This document shows, in pieces, positions 12,855 through 26,810 of a DNA stretch of 64,000 bases; positions within the stretch are counted from its first letter, which is position 1; each line of letters starts with the position of its first letter. A model generated the notes under the pieces. That model did no database searches. It was given only the letters and a program-made list of their open reading frames with translations, and was not told the DNA's origin. The position numbers and the translations under genes were made by a program. The DNA lies in the NCBI RefSeq assembly GCF_964355755.1, contig NC_092675.1, positions 2,413,812 through 2,477,811 of the forward strand. The letters are read 5' to 3'. Source of the DNA: Antedon mediterranea. Lineage: Eukaryota > Animalia > Echinodermata.

Positions 12855-14251
12855 TGCTGAGGAGTAGTTAGTCCGTGTTCCCCTTTAAAATCTAAACGTC
12901 GACACTGCTTGTTTTGCAATACGTTCAGCGACCAAGCTAGAATAATTGTGATCAGTGAAATAATACTGAAAGCCCAGCCCAAGTCAATGCAAATGAGCAG
13001 CGAATACAGTGACGATAGATTGTTCTGATTCTTAATACTCAGTGGCTAACAACAATAGTTTAACTTTTTAGTTCCGCATAACTCCACTGCTATTCAATAC
13101 CACCTATATAAAACACTACGTGTTCAAACAATGTTCATCCGCCAAGTATAATCTAGTCCGCGAGATAACGATATAGGACATTACATCACAGGACTTTATT
13201 AATTGATGATACAATGGAAAATTAATAATAAATTATATCAACATAAATAAAAATTATATTTTGTATATTCTAGATGACAAGACAATTAATCAATCCGTAA
13301 TTCCATAGGTCACTTTAAAACAAATAATTTAAAAAACGAGCACTGATAGCAGTTACATTTGCATAATAGTTAATGATGTAAAGTTTTTTTGCAAACAATT
13401 TCTAGGCACGAAGAAGTGTGCATCCTACAATCAGGTAGTTGCTCCCAGGTGATCTTACTATTTATTATTACGGTGACGTTAGACGTTTGAAACCCTCCTG
13501 TCACTAGACAATTTTTAATTTCCAGTTACACTGGATGGATTACACGACCCTTACAATTATTTTTCATTAATTGAATAATAATATACTCTAATAATGACAA
13601 TAAACAAATGAAATCGATAATCGAAAATAATCTAGTATGCATAATTACTAATTTAAAGGAATCATCAATTGTACAATCAACATTACGTTACTAGATTTTG
13701 GTTTTGACAGAACAGCAAATAATGATATTACTGGGATAAAAAACTGGATATTTAACCATGGTAATATTGCAAGACATAGAAGAATGCAGTAATAACAATT
13801 ATCATTTTGAATCATTCAGTATTGGGACAATAGGAACCAGTCAGTACGCCCTTTGGAGATAAGGAAATACTGTAGATGAATTTGCAATTTCTTAAATCCA
13901 AAAAACAAGACCCCAGATTCTCCAATCGAGTCTGTAAAATATCAATACGCTAGCATCCTGTTGCATAGGCGTGTTCATGACCGATCATTTCTATAGTCAA
14001 TTCAACCATGAATATTTTGAATGGAGAATTTTGATACGCTTTGTCATCGGATTTAGAGCAACAATTCGCTTCAGTTTCGAGTTGAACGCAACGTTTGCAT
14101 TGCTGATTTTACAAGTTGAGTCACAGAAGAGACAGGGAGGTGAAAAAAGCTATAGTGGTAGTCGAGTGTCATATACTAATAGAAAATCTATAACAGAAAT
14201 ATCGTAAGACATTGGGGAACGATTTAAGGTAAATCGTTATTTAGTATAACG
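12855..14251. promoter_or_regulatory. Putative bidirectional promoter and 5'UTR region of DUOX/DUOXA
   Basis: About 1.4 kb between the divergent start codons. TATATAAAA at ~13105-13113. The head-to-head DUOX/DUOXA arrangement is established in other animals. Confidence 0.6.
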
Positions 14252-17200
14252 ATGGCAACTCCATATGCATGTGAGAGTGACGTTAGTGAATGCCTAGGCT
14301 ATGACAATGATGTTATAGGATTTGCAGTTTTGAGAAACAAACCTGCTCCGACGGCTTATGCAGCCAATCCTACCCCTGTTCGAGTTGATGTTTTGGAAGT
14401 AGGATTAATCTTTGCGGCAGTTCTCCTTTTCGTATCATACCTCATCATTTTACCAGGAATCAGAGGATGGGAGGTAAGTTTAATAATATTTTTCTAATAT
14501 TATTTTTAGATCGTTTTAAAATTATACAATGAATGAAATCTACTATAAATAATTGAATATCGTATGTATCATTTTCTTTTTTATTCAACACGTGTTTATT
14601 TATTTACATAATAATATAATATTAGGCCTACATAAACCATTAATTGTTTTAAGCATATCTAAGCCTATTTTTAAGTAGTCGAAAAAGATTTATTGTACAA
14701 ATGAGTACTACTCTAGGCGTAAATGTTTTGACCATCTTAAGATTTGACCAATCGTCGGCATGCAACACCCAATGGCAACGCAACTTTAAGACTGTGGTAT
14801 AGTACTGTTATGGTACTGTTGCTCTATATAGTTGTATGGAATAAACAATTAAACTACCATTTAATAAAACATTGTAGGCGAGCTTTGGAAACATTAATTT
14901 TAAATTATGCGAACAGTAGGCATACTACTAGTTTTGAATAATGTATTATATTCTAGTAGTAGACAGCCCCTGGTTGTATCTTGGAATTCCATTTCTATAG
15001 GCCAAACTGATCATTTCTTTTCAACAATTGTACTGTATGTGGACAGACACTACTAACGACGTCATGTACATGTAACAATAGATGTGTTACCAATGTCGCT
15101 CTCATTAAAGTAATTCATTTAAAATAAAAACTTGCTTTCGAAACTCTATCTTTATGTTTTTACACAGATAATCTCTTTGTTCTGTAGGTGATTACGTCGT
15201 AATAGATTTAAAACAATGTAACAAACAATAAAACAATAAAGAGGTAAAAAAAACCAACAACAATGGAATTGACGTTTCTATACGGCTTAACTAATTCCAA
15301 TCTAAGCAACTTCATCTATCTCAACTCAGTGACGTCATATACAAAATATTATAGGACCTAAAACAAATACAATTATTTTGTTAAAAACTATGAACTATGA
15401 AAATACAACAAAACCAAAATATAAATAAATTATATATAGGGCCTAGGCATAGTGTGTTTACCTAATTAAAAGAACGAAAAACAATGTCATGAACACAGTA
15501 CAGATAACACATCAGTATAATATAGATATAGATAGATATTAATTAGTATCATGAAGGCAACCCAAATGTGAATTCACATTCGAAACCACCATTGGGCCGG
15601 CCGAAAAAAAAACCCACAAATTTAATTAATTATTCAGTCGTGTAATTGTTTGTTTACAGTAAAAAAATATAGATGAGTATGATAAATAAATTTATAATTA
15701 CTGGATGATTGAATGTGAATGTAGTTAAATTAATGTCAATTACAAACACATATTAATCTTTACCTCGCAAATCGGATTTTTACAATAAGGCAATACAGTA
15801 TTACAATATGGCCTATTCGTTGGTGACTAAAAATGTTTACGTGTACTTTTACTGCTGTATACTGTAGGCATATTGTTTATTTTACAGTTCTTCTTTCTTT
15901 ATTTGGTATTGATTTGCGATTACATTGTTAAAGAAAGCATTGTGGTTTGATCACATTTTAAGTTATATAAATAAATCATCCGTACCTCGCAAGTCATGTT
16001 TATACGAATAGGTCTAAAAGGCGGCCAAGAACACGGAAATGATTTTAAAAAAAAAACATCAAGTGGTGTGTAGTTACCTGATTTGACATGTCAGGGGAAG
16101 AGTGAAATTCAATCCTAATGGATTGACACACGTTCATGAACGGCTGTTTTTCAAGAATCTAAACTATGATTGAACCCTTGAGCTATGATTAAACAAGAAA
16201 TATTTCTTACAAAAAACGCCGCGTAACTTTTTGACTGGACAGTTGTAAGAACAGTCTTCATTAATCTAATATAATAGGTCGGCCAATCAAAACGCAAGTG
16301 AACAATTGGGACTTTACTTGTGATTTATGTCATTGGCCTGTCAGCACAGTCGTTTCTTTCTAGAATTAAACGCACAAATTTGTATTGGGAATAATGTATG
16401 TGGTTATTACTATCGCATTTAGGTATTGATAATAATAATAATATGGCTATTGAATATATAATTACTGTCTGTAGAATAACATTTATACATTTTCGGTTCG
16501 CGATGAAAAGTTATATGAATGGATTTGTAATAGGTATTTATAATAATAGTATATGGGTTGTATTATTGCTAAGCTATCACCAAATCGCGTTATAACATTA
16601 TTTCTCAGGGTTTTTTGCACCATTGATCAATACCAAACGCGTATCGGTATTATGGTTTTTAATGAATCATTACATTAATAAAAATACCCAATTAAATCAA
16701 TCGCGTCAGTCCAATTCCGACTTATGTTTCGATCACATAGTTCTGTGTCTACACTGTCCCAACTAGTTTAACAAAAAAAGTGTGATGTGCCCAAATATGG
16801 TAGTGATATGCCCGATTATCGTAGTGATATGACATCGTCATGTCTATATAATATGGGCACATCATATTTTATTTAGTTTGATAGTATAGACAGAGCTTAA
16901 GGATTATATTAAAAAAATGTTTTCTTACATTTTGAACGGAAGTATTTATTTGTTTATAAGCCCAATTTTCCAGTCTTAATTTTACATTTTGAAAAAAAGT
17001 ATTTATTTGTTTATAAGCCCAATTTTCCAGTCTTAATTTTACATTTTGAAAAAAAGTATTTTATTTGTTGATAAGCCCAACTGTGCAGTCTTATTTTACA
17101 TTTTGAACGAAAGTATTTATTTGTTGATAAGCCCAATTTTGCAGTCTTATTTTACATTTTAAACGAAAGTATTTATTTGTTGATAAGCCGAATTTTCCAG

Positions 17201-20200
17201 TTTAATAATAATGACCCCTTCCACAGTGCTTATACCATATACATTTTACATGATATTGACCGTGGGTTCTTTACGCCTCTGATGCATTTGTTTTTATTGT
17301 ACCTTTTTAATAAATTATTATATGTTTAGGCCTAATCACACCCAATTTAATGAAACGGTCAGATTCCGATTTCAATTGAACGAAAGTAGTACTGTATTTA
17401 TTATTCATTGATAAGCCAAGGGTCCCATGGCGTTAGCCGATATCTTGAGCATTTGACTCTTGTAACACAAATCATTCTTCAAAATCTAAAGAAAGAACCT
17501 CACACGTCTTTTTTGTGAGTGATACACTATGGATATGCCCACGGAAATAATATGTGGACATTGCAAACAATCATAGGCCTACAGTAACAAACATAACATG
17601 GCTAATAAGCATAACATTCAGACTTGCTTGTTTTCTAGTGGATTTTTATTTACTTTAGCATGTAGAATAAAACTAGTAACAGTGGCTATATTAATAATTA
17701 TACTGATTATCCTTGATGTTATCGCGTCTAATAATAAAATATTTTGTTGTTGATAAGCCCAATTTTTCAGCCTTGATTTTACATTTTGAACGAAAGTATT
17801 TATTTGTTGATAAGCCCAATTTTGCAGTCTTAATAATGACCCTTCCACAGTGCATTTTACATGATATTGACCGAGGGTTTTTACGCCTCTATAGGCACTG
17901 ATCAATACCATAATTAATGTACTTTTTTAAATGAATATTGAAATGTTTCAACACTCCCAGATTTCCTCATCTTTATCGTTTCAAAAATTAATTAAATAAT
18001 TTTCAGTGTATCACCGGGCGGTTTGGAATTTATTTCTATGCCTGTTGTGTTTATATATATAATATTAAGTATAATTATGAATTCACCAACACTTTCAGGC
18101 CCGGGGCCGAGTTGTAGACCAGACTTCCATGCACAGCCACATGTTAAGGAATATGAATCTCTTTATGATTTTAATATGGTTCGAAATGATATTACACAAC
18201 AACGATTAGACAGCAACTGTGCAAGAGTCAAACTAATAAAATCGGAATGATCAATTAATTGAACATTTACAGCATAAGGCCCATACACTAGGACGATAAC
18301 TATCGACGATAAATAGACAAATGTGCATTTTTAATACATAAACCAAAAGAAATATAAACAATTCCTTTGATGAAAATTATATTTTCACACGTCCAATCAA
18401 ATGACGTCATGATTAGTAAGACCAATAATATCGTGACAATACAGCGATTTTATTGTTTTTATTTATCATGACGTCATTTGATTGGAATTTGAAAAACATT
18501 ATTTTTATCAAAGACAGCATAAATGATTATCCTATAGGTCTAGAACGAAAACCTTTCTAATTTCTTTTGGTTTATGTAAAAAAAATGCATGCTATATATT
18601 TATCGTCTGTCGTTATCGTCATAGTGTAATTGGGCCTTTATACAAAAAAAATAAATTGATTACGAAGTTACATGTCATTTTCACCTATCACCAAAAAACT
18701 AACCTTTTCAAAACTAATTAATTGTTACGAAGCCAATTTATATTATATATTTCATTAAAACTGAACTTTACGGTAAATGAAGAGTAAGTATCAGTTAATA
18801 TGAATAATATAACTAGTAGGTCTATGAACTTGCGTCCAGACACAGAACTGTGACATTACTATCATAAATGTTGAAACCACTTATAAAACCTTTTTTTTAA
18901 AGAAAATATAATTGTGTTAGGAGAAGACTAATAAACAAATAGATAATGTTCAAACCTTTTTCTGGATTAATTAATGGAGCAGGCGTTCCTAATAATCTTC
19001 TGTAGACTGATTGTTCACCTTCTGACGATAATTGATTGGACCCCCCACGGCATCTGATAACCAACAAAAAATTTACGAGGACTGTTTCAATGATTTAATA
19101 TCTGACGGCGTATTATTATAACATTGGCCTAGATTGAAAGTCAAAGAAAGTCATTGTAAATACCTCCCTTTATGTTGACAGAGCCAAAATAAAGTTTTGA
19201 CCATTATCGAATGATTATTTGACAGTGACTTATTATAATACCGCCCTGGTTGACAGCAAAAACGAAGTTATTATTTATTGATCAAGATTTTACAGATTTC
19301 CGTCTACATCTCAATAATACTGTATTATCAGCAAAGGCTTTCATATAGACTCTCTTCTCCCAGACGTTTTTTGGGTCCAGCAGCTACCTATAAATTATAG
19401 TCGAGTTTCCAAATTCACAAAACTGTCAGCCTTAGATACTAAAGCTACCGCTATGAAACAGCTTATTAATGAATGTGTCCTCCTGGGACATAGCTGGCTA
19501 GAGCCGCGGCGCGAAAAAACATGAATATTGTAATGTCATATTATAATATTGAAAGGATTTGGCAAAAACTGGAAAATAAATGCACTTGTCTCTGTCTTTT
19601 GTTTTTAATAGCGTTTGTGGTCTTTTATCCGGGTCACAACCAGCATCTTCATTGGTACGGCTATAATGGGTAAGTTTACTTTAATTTAGTCGTGATTTAA
19701 TATAGCCAAAATTAACGACAATCTAGTTTACTGTACCATCAGGTGATTACCCTGATTGTACACAATTTCTATTCTTCCTATTTAGCCTACAGTATTTCTG
19801 TACAGATTATTTTGTGTGTATCGATTATCCCGGAAAAGTTCAATATAAATTACATATTTTTATTACAATTATAATTATGATACTCAATACCGGAAGTTGA
19901 TGAAAAATAAATATTAGTTTGTGTGCAGTTTAATAGGTCTATATATTCCACTGTGTAAACGTTACGATAGGCACCACCTTCATGACAATGTTAAAGTCAA
20001 CACTTTATTGATAAGGCCTAATAACTATATATACATGTTGCGTGTTTATGTGTATATTAAAGATCATTTAGGCATAATATAGATAACGATACTTCAAGTA
20101 ATGTTTGATTATTGCTCGAATTCCGACTATACCGGTATTCACAAGGATAATGATAGGAAGGGGAACTATGAGGTTTTTGATACCGGATATCATCATGGTA

Positions 20201-23200
20201 TATTCTCAATACTGTTCTATATTATGATAATTTCTATCGAGTACAGTATCATATTCACAGGCAATTTCGTAATACTGCACATATGTGTTTGCCATGTTAT
20301 GCCTGTATCATAAAAGTTAAGAATTTGCTTTTATATTAAAACAATAACTTCCATTTCTAGAATCCCTCGCATCTTGCCTCATTGTTAACATTTTTTGTTT
20401 TAAATAAATAAATACCGTACGTCGCCATTATCACTTTACAGAAATTAGAGGTAGTAGTGTATTTTAAAATGGATTTTATATTGAAGAAAATAAATAATAT
20501 TGATAGTCCCCGGTAAGATATAAATATAAACAGATTAGGCCTAATGAACTAATTTACTGTTTTGAAGAGCTGATCTGCGAAGTCGTGAAGGTGTAAATTC
20601 TTTAGGGCCTCTTCTTTGCAAAGTTTCTTTACTGTGAAAGTTAGTCATTAATTTGATGATGCTGTACTATAATATATGATATAACACTATGCTTCTACAG
20701 TATCGATCTATGGACAAGAGTGGGAGGTTGCTTCCCTACACAAAGTAGAGACAGCGTACAAGTCGTTCTTCCGGGAGGAAATACACGATGCCGAAATAGA
20801 AGTCAAAGTCGGTCTCAATGCTGTCAACATCACGCTTAAAAGTAAGAACTATGTTTCACTAGGCCTAAGAAAGTCAGTGAAAACTACAATATAGGCCTAA
20901 CAATATCGTAATTATAGGTAAAAAGACAAAAATGGACAAACTCAAGAGATATATGGTGACGTCACGTTTGTAAACATAATTGTGATTTCATATTTAACAT
21001 AAACTACAAGACTTCACAATATACGAGGCTCTATCACTTACAAGCCAGAAGTTAATTATTAATATTAGTATGTCTGTGAATAATTATTATTATATATTAC
21101 ACTTATTTTTCGAAATAGCGAATCCCATCCAACCGTTTATAGACGATGAACACGCAGAATTTCCTAATGAAATCATTAATTATAATGAGCGATTTCATTT
21201 CTACGGTAGCCAGAGACGTAATGGATTCGGGCCTTTTGGTAAGTGTAGCAAAGTGGTATATTTTAGTAGAAATTGTGAGAAAAACTTGTTTTGATTCCTG
21301 ATGCCCAGCAGATTAATATGTAAATGACCAACTGTTACCTCGTTATGAGTAATATGAAACTTGTTGCATAACGTAAAATTCTATATCGATATATAAAATC
21401 AAAACTAACCGAAGGCCTACGGTATTTTAACATATATTCATTATTTTATACTGAATAATAACGATAACGTAGATGTTAAACAATATGGATTCTCCAACCT
21501 TAAGCTCTGTCTACACTATCAAACAAGTTTGACAACAAAATGTGATGTGCCAAAATATGGTAGTGATATTCCCCAAATATAGTAGTGATATGTCCATATA
21601 TATGCACATCACATTTCTTTTGTCACATAAAGTTTGATAGTGTAGGCAGAGCATTAAACTCTCATATTTTAAATTCAGATTCTAACAGATGAAAGACTAG
21701 AGGAACTTAATTGCCCCTCAGATATATATCTATTCTTCAGCATAGGTGTGTAGTACTACTAATGACCCCCATTGAACCATCGTCACACCTTTCCCGACGA
21801 AGATTAAGGTATACCACAAACATATACCACAATTACATTCTTAAATAAGTGTTATTGTTATATGTTAATCCTACAGCTGGACGTATCAATCGTGAATTTC
21901 GTGCGGCTCAATGGCGCGGCATGCCTTTCCCCATATTGTGGATTGCTGAGTATTTTGTCCTAGATGGTGAGAAGATCCGTTGGGGAAGATCGTACCGCCA
22001 TGCTGGTTTCTATACCTATATTATGTTATGGTAAGACAACTTATTGGTACAGTATTAAACCGTAAAAACTAATATAAATTGTGGTTAATAATAATGCTAC
22101 ACCCAACCCCCCACATTTCCCCGTAAAACAAATGAAGGGAAATGCATTTTACACAGCGGCTAACTCATATTCAGAACAAATCCCTCAGGCCAATGAACAC
22201 TTTGTTACAAAAAGGCTGCCCCTTACTAGAGGTTCTATAGGCCTAATAATAATTAATTGGTACTCACTTTGTATCATTGGGACTCTTCAATTTCAAGGTG
22301 CGTCAAAACTATAGTTAATAAAAATTCTTACGTCAGCACAAAACAACAGTTAAACATAATACACAGGATCGACAGTAAGAATACACGAGTAGGCCTATTT
22401 TGAAGAAGCAGAGATCGCCTATTCCATACTTTACAGAGCGGCTAGCAGTATTATGAAAAATGTGGTTATTTTGTAGGACGGCGTTCCCATTGTGGCTCCT
22501 GTCAAACATCTTGTTCTTTATGGTTCTGCGATACGGAGCATATTTCCTAATGTTAACTGGAGGAAGCCTTCTAACTGGCAACATCCTATACAGTAGCATT
22601 CGGTATGGAAGTCAACCACTCAGAATACCTTTCGTTACAGAGGACAATCCCGCAGATGGACTTGAATTTCACAAGGGTCCACATTTCATGCTATGTCTTT
22701 TCACCGGTAAGGAGTAAACAATTATTAAAAATCACTAGATATCATAATATTGGGCTACAACACTCTAAAATAGCACACAACCATTGGTTTATTTGTATGT
22801 ATGTATTGAGCATTCTATGCCAATACTTAAGAATCAATGTTCATGAATTCTAGATTAAATAACGGATTAATTTTATATAATATTAATTCATAGGTTTGAT
22901 ATCATTCATTGGCGGAATAATTATTTTGATAATGGATATGAAATTCCCACAAGAAATTGCAACATTTTTCAACGTTGATGTTCTCCAAGATTTTGAAGAT
23001 ACTTACGCGGAAGATAAAGAAGCGTTCGAGAATAATGGCGTACAAGAACACGCCAATGTGCCGGTAAGATTTGCATTTCAGCTGCTATAAAACATTTTGG
23101 CACGCATAGCGTGTCATACCTATGCTTAATCTGGAATAACGAGCCAAGTCTATTATTAGTACTTCGTTCAAAACTTTAAGATGTAATTTAACGTATCTAA

Positions 23201-24983
23201 CCTGTATTATTTTACAACAAATATAATTCGATTAATTATTATTATATTATATACCTTTAACCTATTATGATTTTATAGCACTTTCAACAGAACGTTTAAT
23301 GTACTAATATATACGTTACTTTTAGTTACATAATTATTATTTACTTTGTTACTAAGTTTATGTTTTGATTTAGTTTCGTTATGATATTATTTGAACTGTT
23401 ATTTTTTATGTTTTTATGATTTACTTTATTTTTACTAACAAAAAAGGCTTTAAAATCATCTGGAATGTCTAATGCATTGGAAAATGGCGGAAAGGTGAAT
23501 ATGATTTTAAATAATAATAAAACGTGTTCATTATTCGCCAAATATTTGTTAAATATAGACCTATAATTGTACGAATGGTGTTGATATCTTTTAAGTGTTA
23601 TATATTATTATATCAATAACTGAGCAAGGTTAATCAGTAATAAATGTCTTTGCGGTCCTAAAGATATTCCAGATATTTCGTCGGTGGAAGCGTAGATGTC
23701 CTTTGTATTCGTAAGATCAAACTTATCTATTTGGATAATTTGTCGTGTGCTGTGGCTTTATACAATTGTTTATGTATGCAAAATAATACAGTAGAACTCC
23801 TACTTTGGGATAGGCCCTACTTTCAGGGGACATTTTCCAGTAAAACGAACGAGTGGAAATATAGGCCTACGTACGGGAAACTACGGTGACACTCCCTCAC
23901 TACTAAATAGGGTTCTGCTGTATTGGTAACTTGTTTGGTAATTTCTGTGATTGCGGTGGGTTGCAATATGGATGATGGGTATTGGAAATCAAACCTTGCT
24001 GTTTCATTATAGGCATATTTATTCAGATTTAGGCCTATACATTTTCTGACTCGTGAAAGCAGCACATCATGGCGAATTTACAATGTGTGTAGGCCTACTC
24101 TACAGGCTTTGGACATTTCTACATTTTCTCGCCTCGGGTTTTATAGCATTGATGAATTAGTTTCTATGGTTATAAGACTTTCACAATCACTTTCACAATA
24201 ATTGAACAAAGCTTTCATTTATGATTTCAAACAACTTGCATTTTAAGGGCAAATGTATTCATGATGCTATGATCATACATATAAGCTATAACCCCAATTA
24301 TTCCACAAAAGTTTCATTTTGAAAAATTCTCATCATCCGCTTTCATTCCGAAATAACCCTGTTGTGCAAATGATGCTTGTTTCAAATGTTTTAAGAACGA
24401 TGAAACAGATTAATAATTAATTTCAAACAAATTTATAACTATTATTTTGATCACTTTTTTTACTAGGACCGCCCGCGTTTCGAATCTAAGAGAAAATCCC
24501 GTTTTGCAAAATCCAAACGCAGACCACGAACCAGCTCTGCAGGTAGTCGACCTAGAACAGACGGAGTAGAGGAACAAGGAAACGGTACTGCAAGTCATCC
24601 AACATCTCCACCGTAAGTAGGCCTATATCGCTTTTCTAAGGGCGCCTTCGAACACAACAAATGGCCGTGCTAAGTCCTATAGTTTATACGACAAGTGTTT
24701 CAACAACTAGTTAATTGTGCGCGCGTAAAAGTCGTATTATTTTATAAGCAACATTCTTGGCGCCTGACCAACTCTTTATAACACATCATAAACAAATATT
24801 TAAGTACTTTAATGAACATAAAGCACAGTTTCTATCACCAATAGTTTAACAAATAATTACTACTGATCATGGTGATTATGTCTTGTTATCTTTAATTACA
24901 GGGAAAAAGTAGCATTAGAAGAAGGTGGAGTATCTATTGAGATGACAGACAAGGAAGCAGTGAAGGAAACTACTGAAGCGTGA
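14252..24983 (+). CDS. DUOXA1: Dual oxidase maturation factor (DUOXA/NIP/moladietz family), ~440 aa
   Basis: 9 exons with GT-AG junctions in frame: 14252-14473 (LIILPGIRG), 19612-19669, 20701-20841 (VNITLK), 21119-21238 (NEIINYNERF), 21877-22030 (GMPFPILWIAEYFVLDGEKIRWGRSYRHAGFY), 22477-22706, 22894-23063, 24467-24612, 24902-24983 (TGA). Motifs are typical of DuoxA and the gene sits head-to-head with DUOX. The paralog number cannot be assigned. Confidence 0.93.
16739..16897. mobile_element. MITE family A copy
   Basis: GTCTACACT..TGTGATGTGCCCAAATATGGTAGTGATATG..GTTTGATAGTATAGACAGAGCT. Confidence 0.75.
16920..17910. repeat. ~57-bp minisatellite (TTACATTTTGAACGAAAGTATTTATTTGTTGATAAGCCCAATTTTGCAGTC) inside a larger duplicated unit
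   Basis: About 5 units at 16924-17205 and about 1.5 units at 17745-17832. Each block is followed by the same tail, AATGACCCTTCCACAGTGC..TTACGCCTCT. Confidence 0.85.
18277..18637. mobile_element. Foldback MITE with ~165-bp inverted arms, Harbinger-like ends
   Basis: AGGCCCATACACTAGGACGATAAC...GTTATCGTCATAGTGTAATTGGGCCT. The arms include TACATAAACCAAAAGAAAT and CCAATCAAATGACGTCATGAT with their reverse complements. Confidence 0.8.
21503..21653. mobile_element. MITE family A, intact copy with TTA target-site duplication (PIF/Harbinger-like)
   Basis: tta|AGCTCTGTCTACACTATCAAAC...GTTTGATAGTGTAGGCAGAGCA|tta, with an internal CAAATATGGTAGTGATAT-like doublet. Confidence 0.85.
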
Positions 24984-26609
24984 ATTAATATTAGTTCCCA
25001 CATTACTTAAGTCTTCCTAGTTGCTGTTTTAGAAACTTCGATTTTATATAATATAATTTTATTTTAGCCGTTTTAAACAAAAGATGTATGATGTTTTCTT
25101 GTATCCACATGCCATAAATCATTCCATTTAAATTCCTCGCTCGACATCCAAGTAAACTTTAGTGAACCGTAGATTACAGTCAACACAGACAATAGGCCTA
25201 ATGCTATTCAGAATACAGTACTGAAGATTTTATTGTCCTTTAAAGGCTCCTTTTAGGCGGTTCATTTTTTACCAAAAGTGCATGTAGATGCCTAACTCTC
25301 AATAATCCATGGGTATATTCTGAACAAAGTATTTTGCTTAAAATATTGAAATATTTTTAAAAACATTTTTAGAGAAGATTATACATAAATCAACATTGAA
25401 TACAAAAGAAGTCTATATGTATGTTAAGTAATGTAATACTAATAATCGGCTGTAAATAGGTGTTGATTTCGTGTTTGAAGAGTCTTTAACATGGCCGAGT
25501 GTACAATATTAGAAAAAAAACTTGACAAATTTGAGGCTTTCCTATCCTTGTCAACCAGGATTCATATAACGGGTGAAATGTTATTATACGAATGCTTGTA
25601 CCACAATGAGGCTGAAAGTATTATTATATCCAAATCTGAGATTTACCTTTACGGCTTAAACATCCTTGATCAGGAAAATGTATTGTTTTATCTTTCCTAG
25701 ATGAATAGACGTATTCAATCCTACCACAACTCCAAGAAATTGACTTCCTAAATCATCACAATCATTCAAGGTTTTAGTTCAATAAACCTGTAGCTTAATA
25801 ATCAAAATTGTAACCACAGCTTAAACAGTTTCCTTTCACGACAGTTAGTATTAGTAATAACTTTTTTTGCATAATATAATGTAATACTTTATTTTGATAT
25901 AAACTAGCTTAAGAGTTTTTTTTAACAAGTTATTTTCAGTGTTATATGTAAATGAATAAATATTTTACGATACAAAACTATGTGTTTCGACTTTTGTAAA
26001 TGTGTTCTTTGTAATAGTATTAATATCAATATGTTTAATCAGTGAATATTGAAGGATTTCAAATCGTTTCCTTAAGCAAAACAAAGCGTAACCTCAGTTG
26101 TATAAATAGAATATAGTCAATTTACTTTTCTTATAGCATTACAAAAAAAACAATTCATCGTTCTGCTGTATGCAAACACGCTTCACAATGGCGGTTTACT
26201 GGTAATACAAGAAAAAGACAAAGAATAAGTTATATAAAAGGTCGATCGGGGATTTTTCGGGGTTCTAAAAATTGTTATAAGAGTTGAATCAGTTCATGCG
26301 TCCGACTTACAAATCGTATTGTTTCATTTTCTTTTCTAAGAGATGTCGCCTTTGGGTTTTAGTAGATTTGGGACAGACTGTTAATTAACTCTCTGTGTGG
26401 TGTAAAGTTGGCAATTATTGCCGAATTTGAAAGCGATCGAAGCTGCAGTAATAATAGGGGCATTGATAGAGTATCGAACGATCTAGAAGGGTCATCTGCA
26501 GTTGAGGGACCCTAAGCTCTTCCAGCATAAATTATAAAATGAATAAATTACACTAAAAATAAATCTGTAATAGTGTAAATGGGGGAATGGATACTGGACT
26601 GAATTACGA

Positions 26610-26810
26610 ATAGGTGTGGACGACTGCATACCACCCTAGTGGTCCCTTCGTGTCGTCTGTCCACAACAAAAGGAGCTGCATGGACCAGTGCACCGGGGTA
26701 ACCCCCTACTCTTCCGAAAGACGTACTGGTCAGATATGTATACTGGTCCGAGAAGATTTGTTCTACCACCAGAACAACAATGGTCGAGGAGTGCCTTGAA
26801 CCTGCCTTAT
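26610..26810 (-). mobile_element. tRNA-derived SINE (Meta-domain-like family), partial
   Basis: The reverse strand reads GGTTCAAGG (B-box-like)..TTCTGGTGGTAGAAC..TCTTCTCGGA..AAGAGTAGGGGGTTACCCCGGTG. Same family as the copy at 47011. Confidence 0.65.
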
